From Histomonas meleagridis 2922-C6/04-290x (taxonomy: Eukaryota; Protista; Parabasalia), in NCBI GenBank assembly GCA_020184695.1, contig JAANOX010000191.1, forward strand, positions 124,001 to 188,000: a stretch of DNA of 64,000 bases. The letters are read 5' to 3'. Made by a program: the position numbers and the translations under genes. The notes beneath the pieces are model-generated. The model worked only from the letters and a program-made list of their open reading frames with translations. It searched no databases and was not told the DNA's origin. This document shows, one piece after another, positions 1 through 9,471 of the stretch (positions within the stretch are counted from its first letter, which is position 1; each line of letters begins with the position of its first letter).

Positions 1-642
1 GTTTCAAATAAAGCAAAAACAATTCGTGATGAATGCATCTCAATAATAAGCAGTAAAATCGAAGAAAATAATGAAAGTTTAAGCGTTCAAATCATTGCAA
101 AATATCAAGAAATCACTGCTTTAAAGGATTTCATTCGATTGACATTAGCTGCATCAAAAGAAGATACTAATTCACAAAGGAAAATTTTGGTAAAAATTAT
201 TGACGCTTTAATTGAAAAAGAAGTTGAACAACAAAAATCAAAAGTTACAAATAATCCTAAATTAGCAGATGATGTATTTCATCAAATTAAGCAAAAATGT
301 GAAAACAGAATTAATTTTATAGATTTCACAGACAAATCCCTTAAAAGTGAAATTAATAATTATCTTAATGATAATTTAAATACTAAAAAAACAAATTTAA
401 AAGATGAAGCTACGAAATATATTGATAAAGAAGTTTCATATTTTAAAAAAATTATAGATAAATATATACAAAGTAATCCAAGCCATTCCTTTTATAATAT
501 AATACCAAACATTTTTTCAATGAGAAATGATGAATTGAAAAATTTAATTAGAACAGAACTCAAAAATCAAAATTACTGTGAAAATGAAACAGTCAAAAAA
601 CATGTTGACGAATATCTTATGAATGAGTTAAAGAAAAGATAA
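1..642 (+). CDS. Hypothetical helical/coiled-coil protein, 5'-truncated by the window edge
   Basis: Frame 1 is open from base 1 (VSNKAKTIRDECISII...) to TAA at 640-642. The TTG at 139 is internal. K/E/N/I-rich helical composition. Confidence 0.7.
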   Translation, partial: VSNKAKTIRDECISIISSKIEENNESLSVQIIAKYQEITALKDFIRLTLAASKEDTNSQRKILVKIIDALIEKEVEQQKSKVTNNPKLADDVFHQIKQKCENRINFIDFTDKSLKSEINNYLNDNLNTKKTNLKDEATKYIDKEVSYFKKIIDKYIQSNPSHSFYNIIPNIFSMRNDELKNLIRTELKNQNYCENETVKKHVDEYLMNELKKR

Positions 643-955
643 ATTATTGTAATTATAGTTTTACAAATGTATATATATATATATTTCGACTTTAATGAAC
701 TTCAATGCCCACGAGTATAAATTTGGTGAATAAAAAGTTAAATTTTCATGTATTTGAATGAATTGGATTTAGCTTCGGAAAAAGATACATTTGAAAATTT
801 TATGAGGTTTCATTCGTAAAAAAGAAAAAGAAATAATAATTAAAAAGAATAGATTCTAAAGAAGTAAATCAAATAATGTACAGTAAAAATCAAAATGAAA
901 TTTATGTTGTCTCGAAGTTTTATGGAATAAAATTTTTTTTATTAAAAATTGTAAA

Positions 956-1354
956 ATGGTTCAACAAACAATCCCTTACATCATACTTGCATTTGTTCTT
1001 GTTGTTGGTCTTTTAATGTGTATTGCTGGTTGTGCAATTGATAAATGCTGGTACCCGTTTTTTTCTATAATTCCTGGTGCCATAGCAATATTTCTTGGCT
1101 ATGGATTTTATGTTAAAAGCATGGATGAAAACAATTTAACATGGATTACACTTGATGGGATTTTATTTATGATTGTTATATCAATTGTTTCATTACTTGC
1201 ACTTCCACTTGTATTGTTTCATGTTGATACGATTCGAACTTTATCTCTATGTTTGAATCTAGGAGGTCTTTTAGTTCTTATTATTGGAACAGGTGTTTTT
1301 CTTGGTCTTGCTATTCGTGATGATTTTGGTTCACCTATCTTTTGTGGAAAATAA
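956..1354 (+). CDS. VPS55: Vps55 / leptin receptor gene-related (OB-RGRP) family small membrane protein
   Basis: 132 aa with four hydrophobic segments. N-terminal GLLMCIAGCAIDKCWYPFF resembles the Vps55 pattern GxxxxxLGCALxxxxWP. Confidence 0.75.
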   Translation: MVQQTIPYIILAFVLVVGLLMCIAGCAIDKCWYPFFSIIPGAIAIFLGYGFYVKSMDENNLTWITLDGILFMIVISIVSLLALPLVLFHVDTIRTLSLCLNLGGLLVLIIGTGVFLGLAIRDDFGSPIFCGK

Positions 1355-1599
1355 GATTAAATCCAAAACTTTGAAATGCACTGTAAACATTCATAAAAAT
1401 TAATCTCTTTCATTAAGCATTTAGTTAAACATATACTTTTTGATAAAATATTAAATGGTTAACCCAATTTTTAAAATTTTAGAAAATGTTGATCATTTCT
1501 CCAGCGGTTGAATTTCGGTTAAAACTTTTTAATAACAATTTCAATACACTGTTTGGAAGTAATTGAATACTCGTGCAATAATTTTATCGTCATCCGGAA

Positions 1600-2400
1600 A
1601 TGCTTCTTCACGTTAAAGTCATCGAAGCAACAAACCTTCCAAAAATGAGTCTGTTTTCTAAAATACGGCCACGCGTTTCTTTATTTTTGGTTGGCGCAAT
1701 TAAAGTTAAAAAAACGAAAGCAAACATGAATTCAGATCATCCTGTTTGGAATAAGAAATTCCATTTTGAAGTCACTAGACCAACACAAGCTCTCCATTTA
1801 AAACTTTTTGGCGAAACTAAAATTGGTAATGAACTTAAAGATATAGCAAAATATGAAATTTCTATATCAACACTTCCTATAGATGTTGTAGTTGATAAAT
1901 GGTTTCAAATGAACCCAACGGTTTCATGTAAATCAGTTCCAAATCTTCATTTACAATTACATTATGCACACCCTTATATTCAACCATTTTCTAACGCAAC
2001 AGGATATGCAAATCCTATCTCTAACCAACAAGGATATCAGTCGGCTTATTATCCACCACCTTTACCATCAATATATAATCAATCACAATATCATCAGCCA
2101 GTATATCAAAATGTACAACAACCTCCCATGCCTACGCGTCCTCGTGTTTCTACTTATTACCAACGTCCATACGTTGCACCTAATCAACCAACAATTTATA
2201 ATCAGAATCCACTAATTAACAATCTTCCTCCACCAGCACCAGCACCACAGCCTGCAAACATTGTAAACAAAGTAAACTCTCCAAAGCCAATGTATCCTCC
2301 TCCACCTCTAAGTAATTTCCAACAGAAAATTGTAACACCAAACAGAGGATATGCTGCGCCAGTAATAAGTCAGCACCAACCTTTACCTTTAATACGGTAA
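1600..2400 (+). CDS. C2-domain protein with Pro/Gln/Tyr-rich tail
   Basis: LHVKVIEATNLPKM...KTK...PVWNKKFHF...LHLKLF...DKWF is a C2 fold, followed by a YPPP/QPV-rich low-complexity tail typical of trichomonad C2 proteins. Confidence 0.85.
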   Translation: MLLHVKVIEATNLPKMSLFSKIRPRVSLFLVGAIKVKKTKANMNSDHPVWNKKFHFEVTRPTQALHLKLFGETKIGNELKDIAKYEISISTLPIDVVVDKWFQMNPTVSCKSVPNLHLQLHYAHPYIQPFSNATGYANPISNQQGYQSAYYPPPLPSIYNQSQYHQPVYQNVQQPPMPTRPRVSTYYQRPYVAPNQPTIYNQNPLINNLPPPAPAPQPANIVNKVNSPKPMYPPPPLSNFQQKIVTPNRGYAAPVISQHQPLPLIR

Positions 2401-3214
2401 TTTTTTTTTGAATAAACAAAATTTGTTTGGGATAAATTTTTAATATTTTTTTTTAACAAAATACACTTATATTATATCAATTCTTCACGAAATAAAGTTA
2501 ATACTATGTGGACCATTGTATTTTTTTTCATAAATGCTGAAGAAGCCTTTAGCGTTTATAATTTGATATTTTATTTTTTATTTTATGTAAACGTTTGTTC
2601 CGATAGGGAAACCGTTGTATTCTTCTTCTGCTGTTTGTGTTTGTAGAAAAGTGTTTTCGCAAAAATTATAAGTAAATGATTTTTTCAGAATGTCGGTGCC
2701 ATAGTTGGGAAAGTGCTGCCTTGTTTTGAAGAATGAACCAGTTTTTTAAGATCATATGTTTCTCAAATTTATTCAATATTTCAGCACATTTCCATACGAA
2801 CACCATAATTCTGGTAAGAGTTGTATTGCAATTTTCAGTTGTAATCAAACAAATTTTTTGAATACTGGAAGCAAAAAGCAAACACAGCAAATTCACCCTA
2901 AAATTGTTGATAGATGCGATATGTATAAATTATTTTTTAACGATAAATCAGCATATTTTTTCAATTTTCCATTTTTAGCGTATCAAACATAAATTTTTAT
3001 TCCCAATGTTGGTTTCTTTCAAGCCAAATTCGAGATGACATAATTTTATATTTAAAACAAAACATTTTTTGGAATAATATCAAAAATTGTATAAATTTTT
3101 TTTCACGATACATTTGTATTTTTTGTTCCATTTTTAATTTTATTTATTTCTAATATTTTAGGCAATTGTAAGAAAGAAAAACAAATTTTTAATTTTAAAC
3201 CAATTCTTTTTTAT

Positions 3215-4313
3215 ATGTTTGTTTTAAATCCTTATCAATATTTTGATAATGAAAGTCAAACACTTTACATTAATAATACTGAAGACTTTACACAAGAATA
3301 TTCAAGCCAAACAGTTTATCTTATTATTGGATTAAACATTTATGAAATACCAGCGCAAACGTTTCAAAATTGGATTCTATTAGAAACAGTTGACACAGCA
3401 TATTCTGTTTCGGAAATTGGATCTGGTGCATTCGATGCAGATCTTGTACAAGCTTCACGACTGTTGTACTTGGTCAAAATGTTACAGAAATTCTTTCGGC
3501 TGCATTTTCATATTGTTCTGAATTAAAAACAAATAACTTTAACGAAAATTTACAATCAATTGGATCATATGCATTTTCATATTGCACAAGTCTTAAATGT
3601 ATATATTTTTATGGCAAAACAGAGCCAAAATTTGGCTACGATGTGTTTTAACATCAGATGTTTTAACTAACACAGTTATGGTAACACCAACATATACAGG
3701 CAATGAAACATTTGGCACATTTCATGTAATTAAAGACATTGCATCAGAAGGATGTAGTCCAATCTCAACGCTCACACAAAGTAACACATATACGAAGTTA
3801 AATACATTCACGCAAAGTAATGCATATGAATTTTCTGATACTTTTATAAGTTACACTTCATTTATTGTTTTAACTTTTTCATTTTCATATGCCCGAACAT
3901 TTTCTCTTTTCACTATTACAAATATAAATACACTTGTTCTTTCTTCAATTGAATTAACATTTACATATATTTATACAAATATTATTTATTATGATTATAC
4001 TATAATTATTTATTCAACTTATTTCCAATTTTATTCGAATTTTTTCACACTTTTTACTGATAGTAGTGATATAACTAATAATAAAACTAATATATACATT
4101 ATTAGTGGTGTCTTGAATGCAATAAATGTTGTCGTTGCAATTATTGTTATTATTGTTATAATTTTAGTCCGAAAAAAGAAACAAAACATTGAACAAAATG
4201 AAACAGAAATAAATGAATACATTGGAACAACATCACTCGAAAACATTGAAGAAGATCCTTTTGCAAATGACTTCAAAGAAGATTACACAATCAAATGTGA
4301 ACTTAATATATAA
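3215..4313 (+). pseudogene. BspA-like (TpLRR) surface protein pseudogene with Thr-rich stalk, TM helix and EEDPFAxDFKE tail
   Basis: The LRRs (CTSFTTVVLGQNVTEILSAAFSYCSEL...IGSYAFSYCTSLKCIYFYG) lie in a different frame from ORFs 3215 and 3597. Removing 5 nt at 3434-3438 and 5 nt at 3649-3653 restores one frame. TM segment NVVVAIIVIIVIILV then RKKKQ. Confidence 0.8.
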
Positions 4314-4683
4314 CAATAAAATATTTTTCTTTAAATTTTATTTTATCATCAATGATAATGCATTAAGGAAGAAACATAGTATAAACTTCTTTTCTTTTGT
4401 GATAATGTGTGATTAAAAAACTGTTGTTGACAGAAACAGAAACTGATCGATTTCTTTACCACCAATATGACTAAATAAAAATTCATATTACCTTCGCACA
4501 GTGTGGTTTGGGTTTCAGTTAGAAAGTGAAAAACAAAACAATTATCTTTGATTAATCAAATTATTAAATATTGATTAAAAATTCATTAAATTCAGCAATC
4601 CTTCAAGCAGGCTCAAATAAAAAGTTTTTGGTTGTAAATTTAAAATAAAATAAAAAATTAAAAAATGTGTATAAATAGCAGGT

Positions 4684-4923
4684 TTAGAGTAACTCATTAC
4701 TTGTCATCAAATGCATAAGAGATGCTATAACGCGTTGAGCCTGTTTCATGGTTGAATCCTTTGTGATTTTTATTTTATAGCATTTAACATCATCTGTAAT
4801 CTTCATTGTAAAAATTGCACCATCCTTACGATATTTTGTTGAAAGCCTTGCTTTTTTGGGCGATTTAGAAATCATGTTTTTTGCCATTTGCTCGAATGTT
4901 TCGATGTCTGTAACAAGGACCAT
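4684..4923 (-). CDS. SRP9: Signal recognition particle 9 kDa subunit
   Basis: 79 aa; PKKARLSTKYR...MKITDDVKCYKIK...LMHLMT matches SRP9 PxKxRxxxKYR...KVTDDxxC...LMRLM. Confidence 0.9.
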   Translation of the reverse strand: MVLVTDIETFEQMAKNMISKSPKKARLSTKYRKDGAIFTMKITDDVKCYKIKITKDSTMKQAQRVIASLMHLMTSNELL

Positions 4924-4932
4924 TTATAGTGT

Positions 4933-4940
4933 GTCACTTT
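4933..4940 (-). promoter_or_regulatory. AAAGTGAC core-promoter-like motif 9 nt upstream of SRP9 ATG
   Basis: GTCACTTT on plus. The same octamer lies close to two other start codons in the window. Matches the trichomonad M2 motif as I recall it. Confidence 0.5.
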
Positions 4941-5477
4941 TCGTATATTTTTCATAGCTACTCAAAATGAGAAAATAAACATATTCTGATGAATTTTTTG
5001 ATTTTTATTAAGTCCTTATCATCAATTAAGCAAAAATCTGTTTTCAAATTGAGAAAAGAATATACAGATCAAAATGAAAATTTCGAAATCAATTTTTTCA
5101 TTATATATATTTTTTTAGTTCAATCTTAAATATTTTTGATATATATATTATATTTTATAAATGGTAGTTCATGAAATCTTAAGGATGATTTTTTTTTTTC
5201 ATTCAATTTTTTTCATTTTATTATCAAATTACTGTCGATATAAATTCAATTAAATATTATTAATGTATTGTTTAGCCGATGTTAATAATGTGTATAAAAA
5301 AATTATTTAAAAGGATTAATTTCATACTAGAAAATCGATTGAAAAAAACAAAGATTTTTCCCAAGTATTCAAAAAGTTAATTTTGATCGTCGTCCGAGTA
5401 TACCCTTAAAAGTTTAAAGTGATTTTTTTTGAATAGAAAACGACCATTAATTGAAAAGATTTTTTGCCAAAATTTTC

Positions 5478-7160
5478 ATGTCTGATGACTTTGATGATGA
5501 TGGTGAATTAAATTTTGATGATGATGATGGTGAGTTAACTATTGGTGATGATTCATCTTGTGATTTTTCTTTTGAACCAACAGATGATGTTATTGTTAAT
5601 AATTATGGAAGAATTGAAGAATATGTTAACACAGCAGGATTTTTCTTACCATCATTTTCTTTTTTATATAGAGGCAATGGTGTGGTTGAAATTACTGCAC
5701 CTACATCAGTTTTACCACTTTCTTTGCGAAAAGCTAATTTTGATCACATTGAAAATTTAGTTACACTCAACATTACTCTTCAACCAGGTGACGATCCTTT
5801 ACGTGTAAAGCCAGTCACAATTTTATATGAATGTGATGGGAACAAAAATTTTCTTGGGAAAACTCTAGTTCAAGAACATGTAAATGATTTCTTTGACCCT
5901 GACTATAATCCCAGCAAACGCAAACTTCGATCCATTTCATTAATTTTAGATAATAGTATATCAGTTTCTGAACTCGGGCCCGATCCCAAATATGTCCAAG
6001 AGTTAATATCAATGGGCTTTTCACGTTCTTTAGCCCAATCAGCATTACTCCAGACCAATAATAATCTTCAATCAGCTGTTGATTTACTTCTTTCAGGCAA
6101 AGTCAAAAAACGACCAAACAACACCAATAACAAAGACCAATCAACTTCTCTTTCATATGACCAAAGTCCACTTGTTTATTTATCGATTGAAATAATCGAT
6201 GGCTTTTTAGACCTTGTTGATCATTGTTGTATCTGTGGTAAACAGCTTGAAGTCTCCGGGGTCAAACCCATGGTATGTGATAGTAAATTATGTTATTTTA
6301 GTTTTGTCGAAATTGGCGTTGGCGCCAACATTGTTCAAGAAATTCGTCGTGATCCTATTGCTGCAGATTTAGTTATCTCATTAGCATCTGTTGCAGCCGG
6401 GACCAAATTTATGGTACCACATCCAGATGCACCCGATGGAGTTCTTCGTAATTTCTTTGATATACTTCCATCCACAGGAGACCTCTCGAGATATGAGTCT
6501 GATCGGCAGCTCATTTCATCGATTGGGAAAGAGTTCTATGACATATTACGTTTCATAATGTTAGCGAATCGTTCCCATTTGATCACGCTCAAAGGTGAGC
6601 ATCGATTACCAGAGGCCGCTTTTGCCGATTACCAATTTTTGATCACTTCGGCGCCTCCTGAACGCGAAGCAGCGCTGAATAATTTAAAGAAGAAATACGG
6701 CCAAATTTGGTTATGGCATGGAAGCCCTGGCGATCGATGGTATAGCATCTTCCATAATGGGCTAAAGGATTATGGAAGCACTGATTGGCAAACAAACGAT
6801 GGACATTGGGAGGGAATACTCGGCGTGTATGAGTCGGATGAATTTAATTATTCATATTGCTATAGCCAAAGAGGATCAGTGAATAATAAATACAGAAGAT
6901 CAAAACTGTCAAAGCAATTCCACATCGTGGCGCTGGTGGAAAACGCAAACATGCCAAACTTGAAATACGTAATGCAAAACGAATACGCACAAAGAGATGA
7001 AACTGCACTAATACCAAGAGTACTGATGCTGATAAATAAAGTAGGAGGATATACTTGGAATACGGTAAAAAACCCACCAAAGCACGTGCCAACACTTCAG
7101 GAAATTATAGGAGAAAAACAAGTCCAAACTCAACAACAACAAAAAAAAAAAAAAAAGTAA
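5478..7160 (+). CDS. PARP6/8-like ADP-ribosyltransferase with an inserted UBA domain
   Basis: First ATG at 5478. UBA: VQELISMGFSRSLAQSALLQTNNNLQSAVDLLL. PARP6/8-type Cys cluster: HCCICG...KPMVCDSKLCYFSF. Catalytic domain: LWHGS...SIFHNGL...GVYES...NEY...PRVLML. Confidence 0.85.
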   Translation: MSDDFDDDGELNFDDDDGELTIGDDSSCDFSFEPTDDVIVNNYGRIEEYVNTAGFFLPSFSFLYRGNGVVEITAPTSVLPLSLRKANFDHIENLVTLNITLQPGDDPLRVKPVTILYECDGNKNFLGKTLVQEHVNDFFDPDYNPSKRKLRSISLILDNSISVSELGPDPKYVQELISMGFSRSLAQSALLQTNNNLQSAVDLLLSGKVKKRPNNTNNKDQSTSLSYDQSPLVYLSIEIIDGFLDLVDHCCICGKQLEVSGVKPMVCDSKLCYFSFVEIGVGANIVQEIRRDPIAADLVISLASVAAGTKFMVPHPDAPDGVLRNFFDILPSTGDLSRYESDRQLISSIGKEFYDILRFIMLANRSHLITLKGEHRLPEAAFADYQFLITSAPPEREAALNNLKKKYGQIWLWHGSPGDRWYSIFHNGLKDYGSTDWQTNDGHWEGILGVYESDEFNYSYCYSQRGSVNNKYRRSKLSKQFHIVALVENANMPNLKYVMQNEYAQRDETALIPRVLMLINKVGGYTWNTVKNPPKHVPTLQEIIGEKQVQTQQQQKKKKK

Positions 7161-7573
7161 ATGGTTCTTTCGTAAATAAAAAATATAAGTAAATGGTTTA
7201 TAAATATTATTTTTGACATCGCTTGCGTGTTGTTTATTTTTAAGTTTGAGCAATAATCGAATAATACGTAAAACTGTTTGAAAAAATTTTTATTCATTAA
7301 AATATATACATTCAATTTCGTTCCTTTTGGAATTAGTTACAGGAAGAGATATTGATACAATCACAGGAAATACGCATTAATAGTTTAAGGTTTAATTTAT
7401 AAGGTTCACGTCCAATACTCACAATTTCGAAAAAAAATAATAAGAAAATTATATCACCACACAACTTCATCCAGATCACATCAATAATATGAAAATATTC
7501 CTCATATTAAAAATCAAATAGTTACACATTTAAATGAGAAAAATATTATAATATATATTATAATAACAATTTA

Positions 7574-9092
7574 TTAATCTGTTCCGCTTTTTTTAAATTG
7601 ATTTAGTAATAAAACAATTTCATTCATTTTATACTTTGATGCAATTTTCAATGCTGTTTCATGATTATATCAAAATAAACATTAATATTATTTAACAAAC
7701 ATTATCTTTTGCATTAACATTTATTCCTTTTTGAGCCACAAGAAGTTTAACAATGAATATATAATTTTTTTGCACAGCTGCAAGCAAAGGTGTTGTATTG
7801 ATATATTTTAATAAACATTTATACCTTTAATATTCACATTAATATTTTTCATTAATAACAAAATTTTTACTATTTCTATATGACCATTAAAAGCAGCTGT
7901 ATATAAAGGATTTTCAAAACAAACTAAAAAACTCCAAAAAATATATAAAACAAACATAAAATTGTGAGTTTGGATCAAATCCTTTTTCCACGCATATCAT
8001 AAACACTTTTAAGTTATTAGAAAAGATGCACTGAGAAAGTAGAGTACCATATCTTTTTGGTGATTCTACATTACATCCCTGCTTTGTAATCAAAAGCCAA
8101 TTTAAAATTGAGTTTTGAAAAAACAAAGCAGCAAATTGGGGTGCCCCTGTAAACGTGCAATTTTCTCTTTCGAGAATTCGAATAATTTCTGTGTTTCCAC
8201 CTGCAATAGCAAATTGTACCAATGTTAACCCATCAGAATCTGTTTTATTTAAATCAGCCCCATTTAAAAATAAAAATTTAAAACATTGAATTGATCCAAA
8301 AAAAGCTGCATATTGTATCAATGTTGGATTACGATTTAATATTGGACATCTTTGGAAAACATAAGGTGGAATTGTTTGGTTAATATCAAAATTATTATCA
8401 ATTGTATAACTTTGTAGGACATTTACATCATCCTTTACAATACAACTTGCAAGCTTCGATATGTGTAAACCTCTGAAAGTTTCTTGTCGATGTATTTCCC
8501 AATTGTTTGCTGAAAAGATATGAATTTTAGAAACATAATGACTCACATCAAGTCGCATTGATAACCTTGCAAGGTTATAAAATAAATTATATTTTTGTTT
8601 GTCGATGTATTGAATCAATGGTGAAAACCAACAAAACGCTAAATAACTTTGTGAATCTATCATGTTGTCAATCGAATTAGCAAGGTCATTCATTGTTAGA
8701 ATTTTAAGTCTGAAACATTCTGAAAAAAAGAAATAAAATCGTGATACTCGAAGAGATTCGTACGCAAAAAAATTTACAATATTTGATCGAACTTCATCAA
8801 GATGGTCATTTGGTGTATGTCGTTGAATAAGGGTTTGAGCTAAAATTGCATAATTTGTTGCATTCTTTGGTCGATATGATTGTATAATAAAAATATTATG
8901 TGTAAGAATAAAAATACCTTCACTAGATCTTGTAAATTCTGATTTTAATATATAATCAAGAATGCTTTCAAATGTCATTTCAGATAATTCCATTAAAACA
9001 TTTTGAAGAGATATAACCGAATCCACCTCTGATTTTATATCAAAAGGAAGCTCGAATTTTTTATCTCTATCTCTTACGCTCCTTTTTTCCAT
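7574..9092 (-). CDS. DUF3447-type ankyrin repeat protein; long first segment plus three further ankyrin segments separated by non-GT-AG spacers
   Basis: ORF 9092-7914 contains LIQYAAFFGSIQCFKFL and FAIAGGNTEII. Beyond its stop come intact repeats CFENPLYTAAFNGHIEIVKILLLMKNINVNIKGI (7921-7820), INTTPLLAAVQKNYIFIVKLLVAQKGINVNAKDN (7802-7701) and NHETALKIASKYKMNEIVLLLNQFKKSGTD* (7666-7574). The joined structure is inferred. Confidence 0.75.
7667..7700 (-). other. 34-nt spacer between ankyrin repeats (putative non-canonical intron)
   Basis: Begins GTTTGT, has an in-frame TAA and no AG. Removal gives KDN-NHETAL. Confidence 0.55.
7803..7819 (-). other. About 17-nt spacer between ankyrin repeats
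   Basis: Contains an in-frame TAA and no AG. Removing 17 nt restores frame and spacing. A GT-start variant at 7816 gives the same length. Confidence 0.45.
7922..7955 (-). other. 34-nt spacer between ankyrin repeats (putative non-canonical intron)
   Basis: Begins GTTTGT. Removing 34 nt restores frame and the K+5 spacing to the NPL motif. Its internal AGs give the wrong frame. Boundaries can slide. Confidence 0.55.
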
Positions 9093-9471
9093 TCGTTTTG
9101 TTATGAATTTATCACTTTTAACTTCACTTCACACGGCCATTAATTTCAAAGACTAATACCAATAAGAAATATTTTGATTTTTATCTATGCAATGAAACAT
9201 ATTTTTGAAATGATTACTCATAGTAAATTAGCGTAAAATCATAAAAATTTTACTTAAATAAAGTTCATTAAACATTCGAGTCAAATTAACGTTCGCCGAA
9301 TATTTCTATCTTTTTAAGTGAACATAAAATATTTAATGAATTTTTTTAAAAGATTAATTACATAAACATAAATTTTTTGGCAGGAGGAAAATTTCGACAT
9401 TTTCTCACTCAATTCCAAACAAATTTCCACAAATAAACAAAAACGATAGAAGTGAATAATCAATTTTTATG

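Noticed and set aside
3666-3675. ACTAACACAG resembling the parabasalid branch-point/3' splice site
   Set aside because: It encodes T-N-T in the frame that aligns with the paralog, and no matching upstream 5' splice site gives a sensible product.
9440-9448. ANAACGATA Myb-recognition-like elements (also 49488-49496 and 59393-59401)
   Set aside because: The short AT-rich motif is expected many times by chance in 64 kb, and I see no clear positional enrichment.
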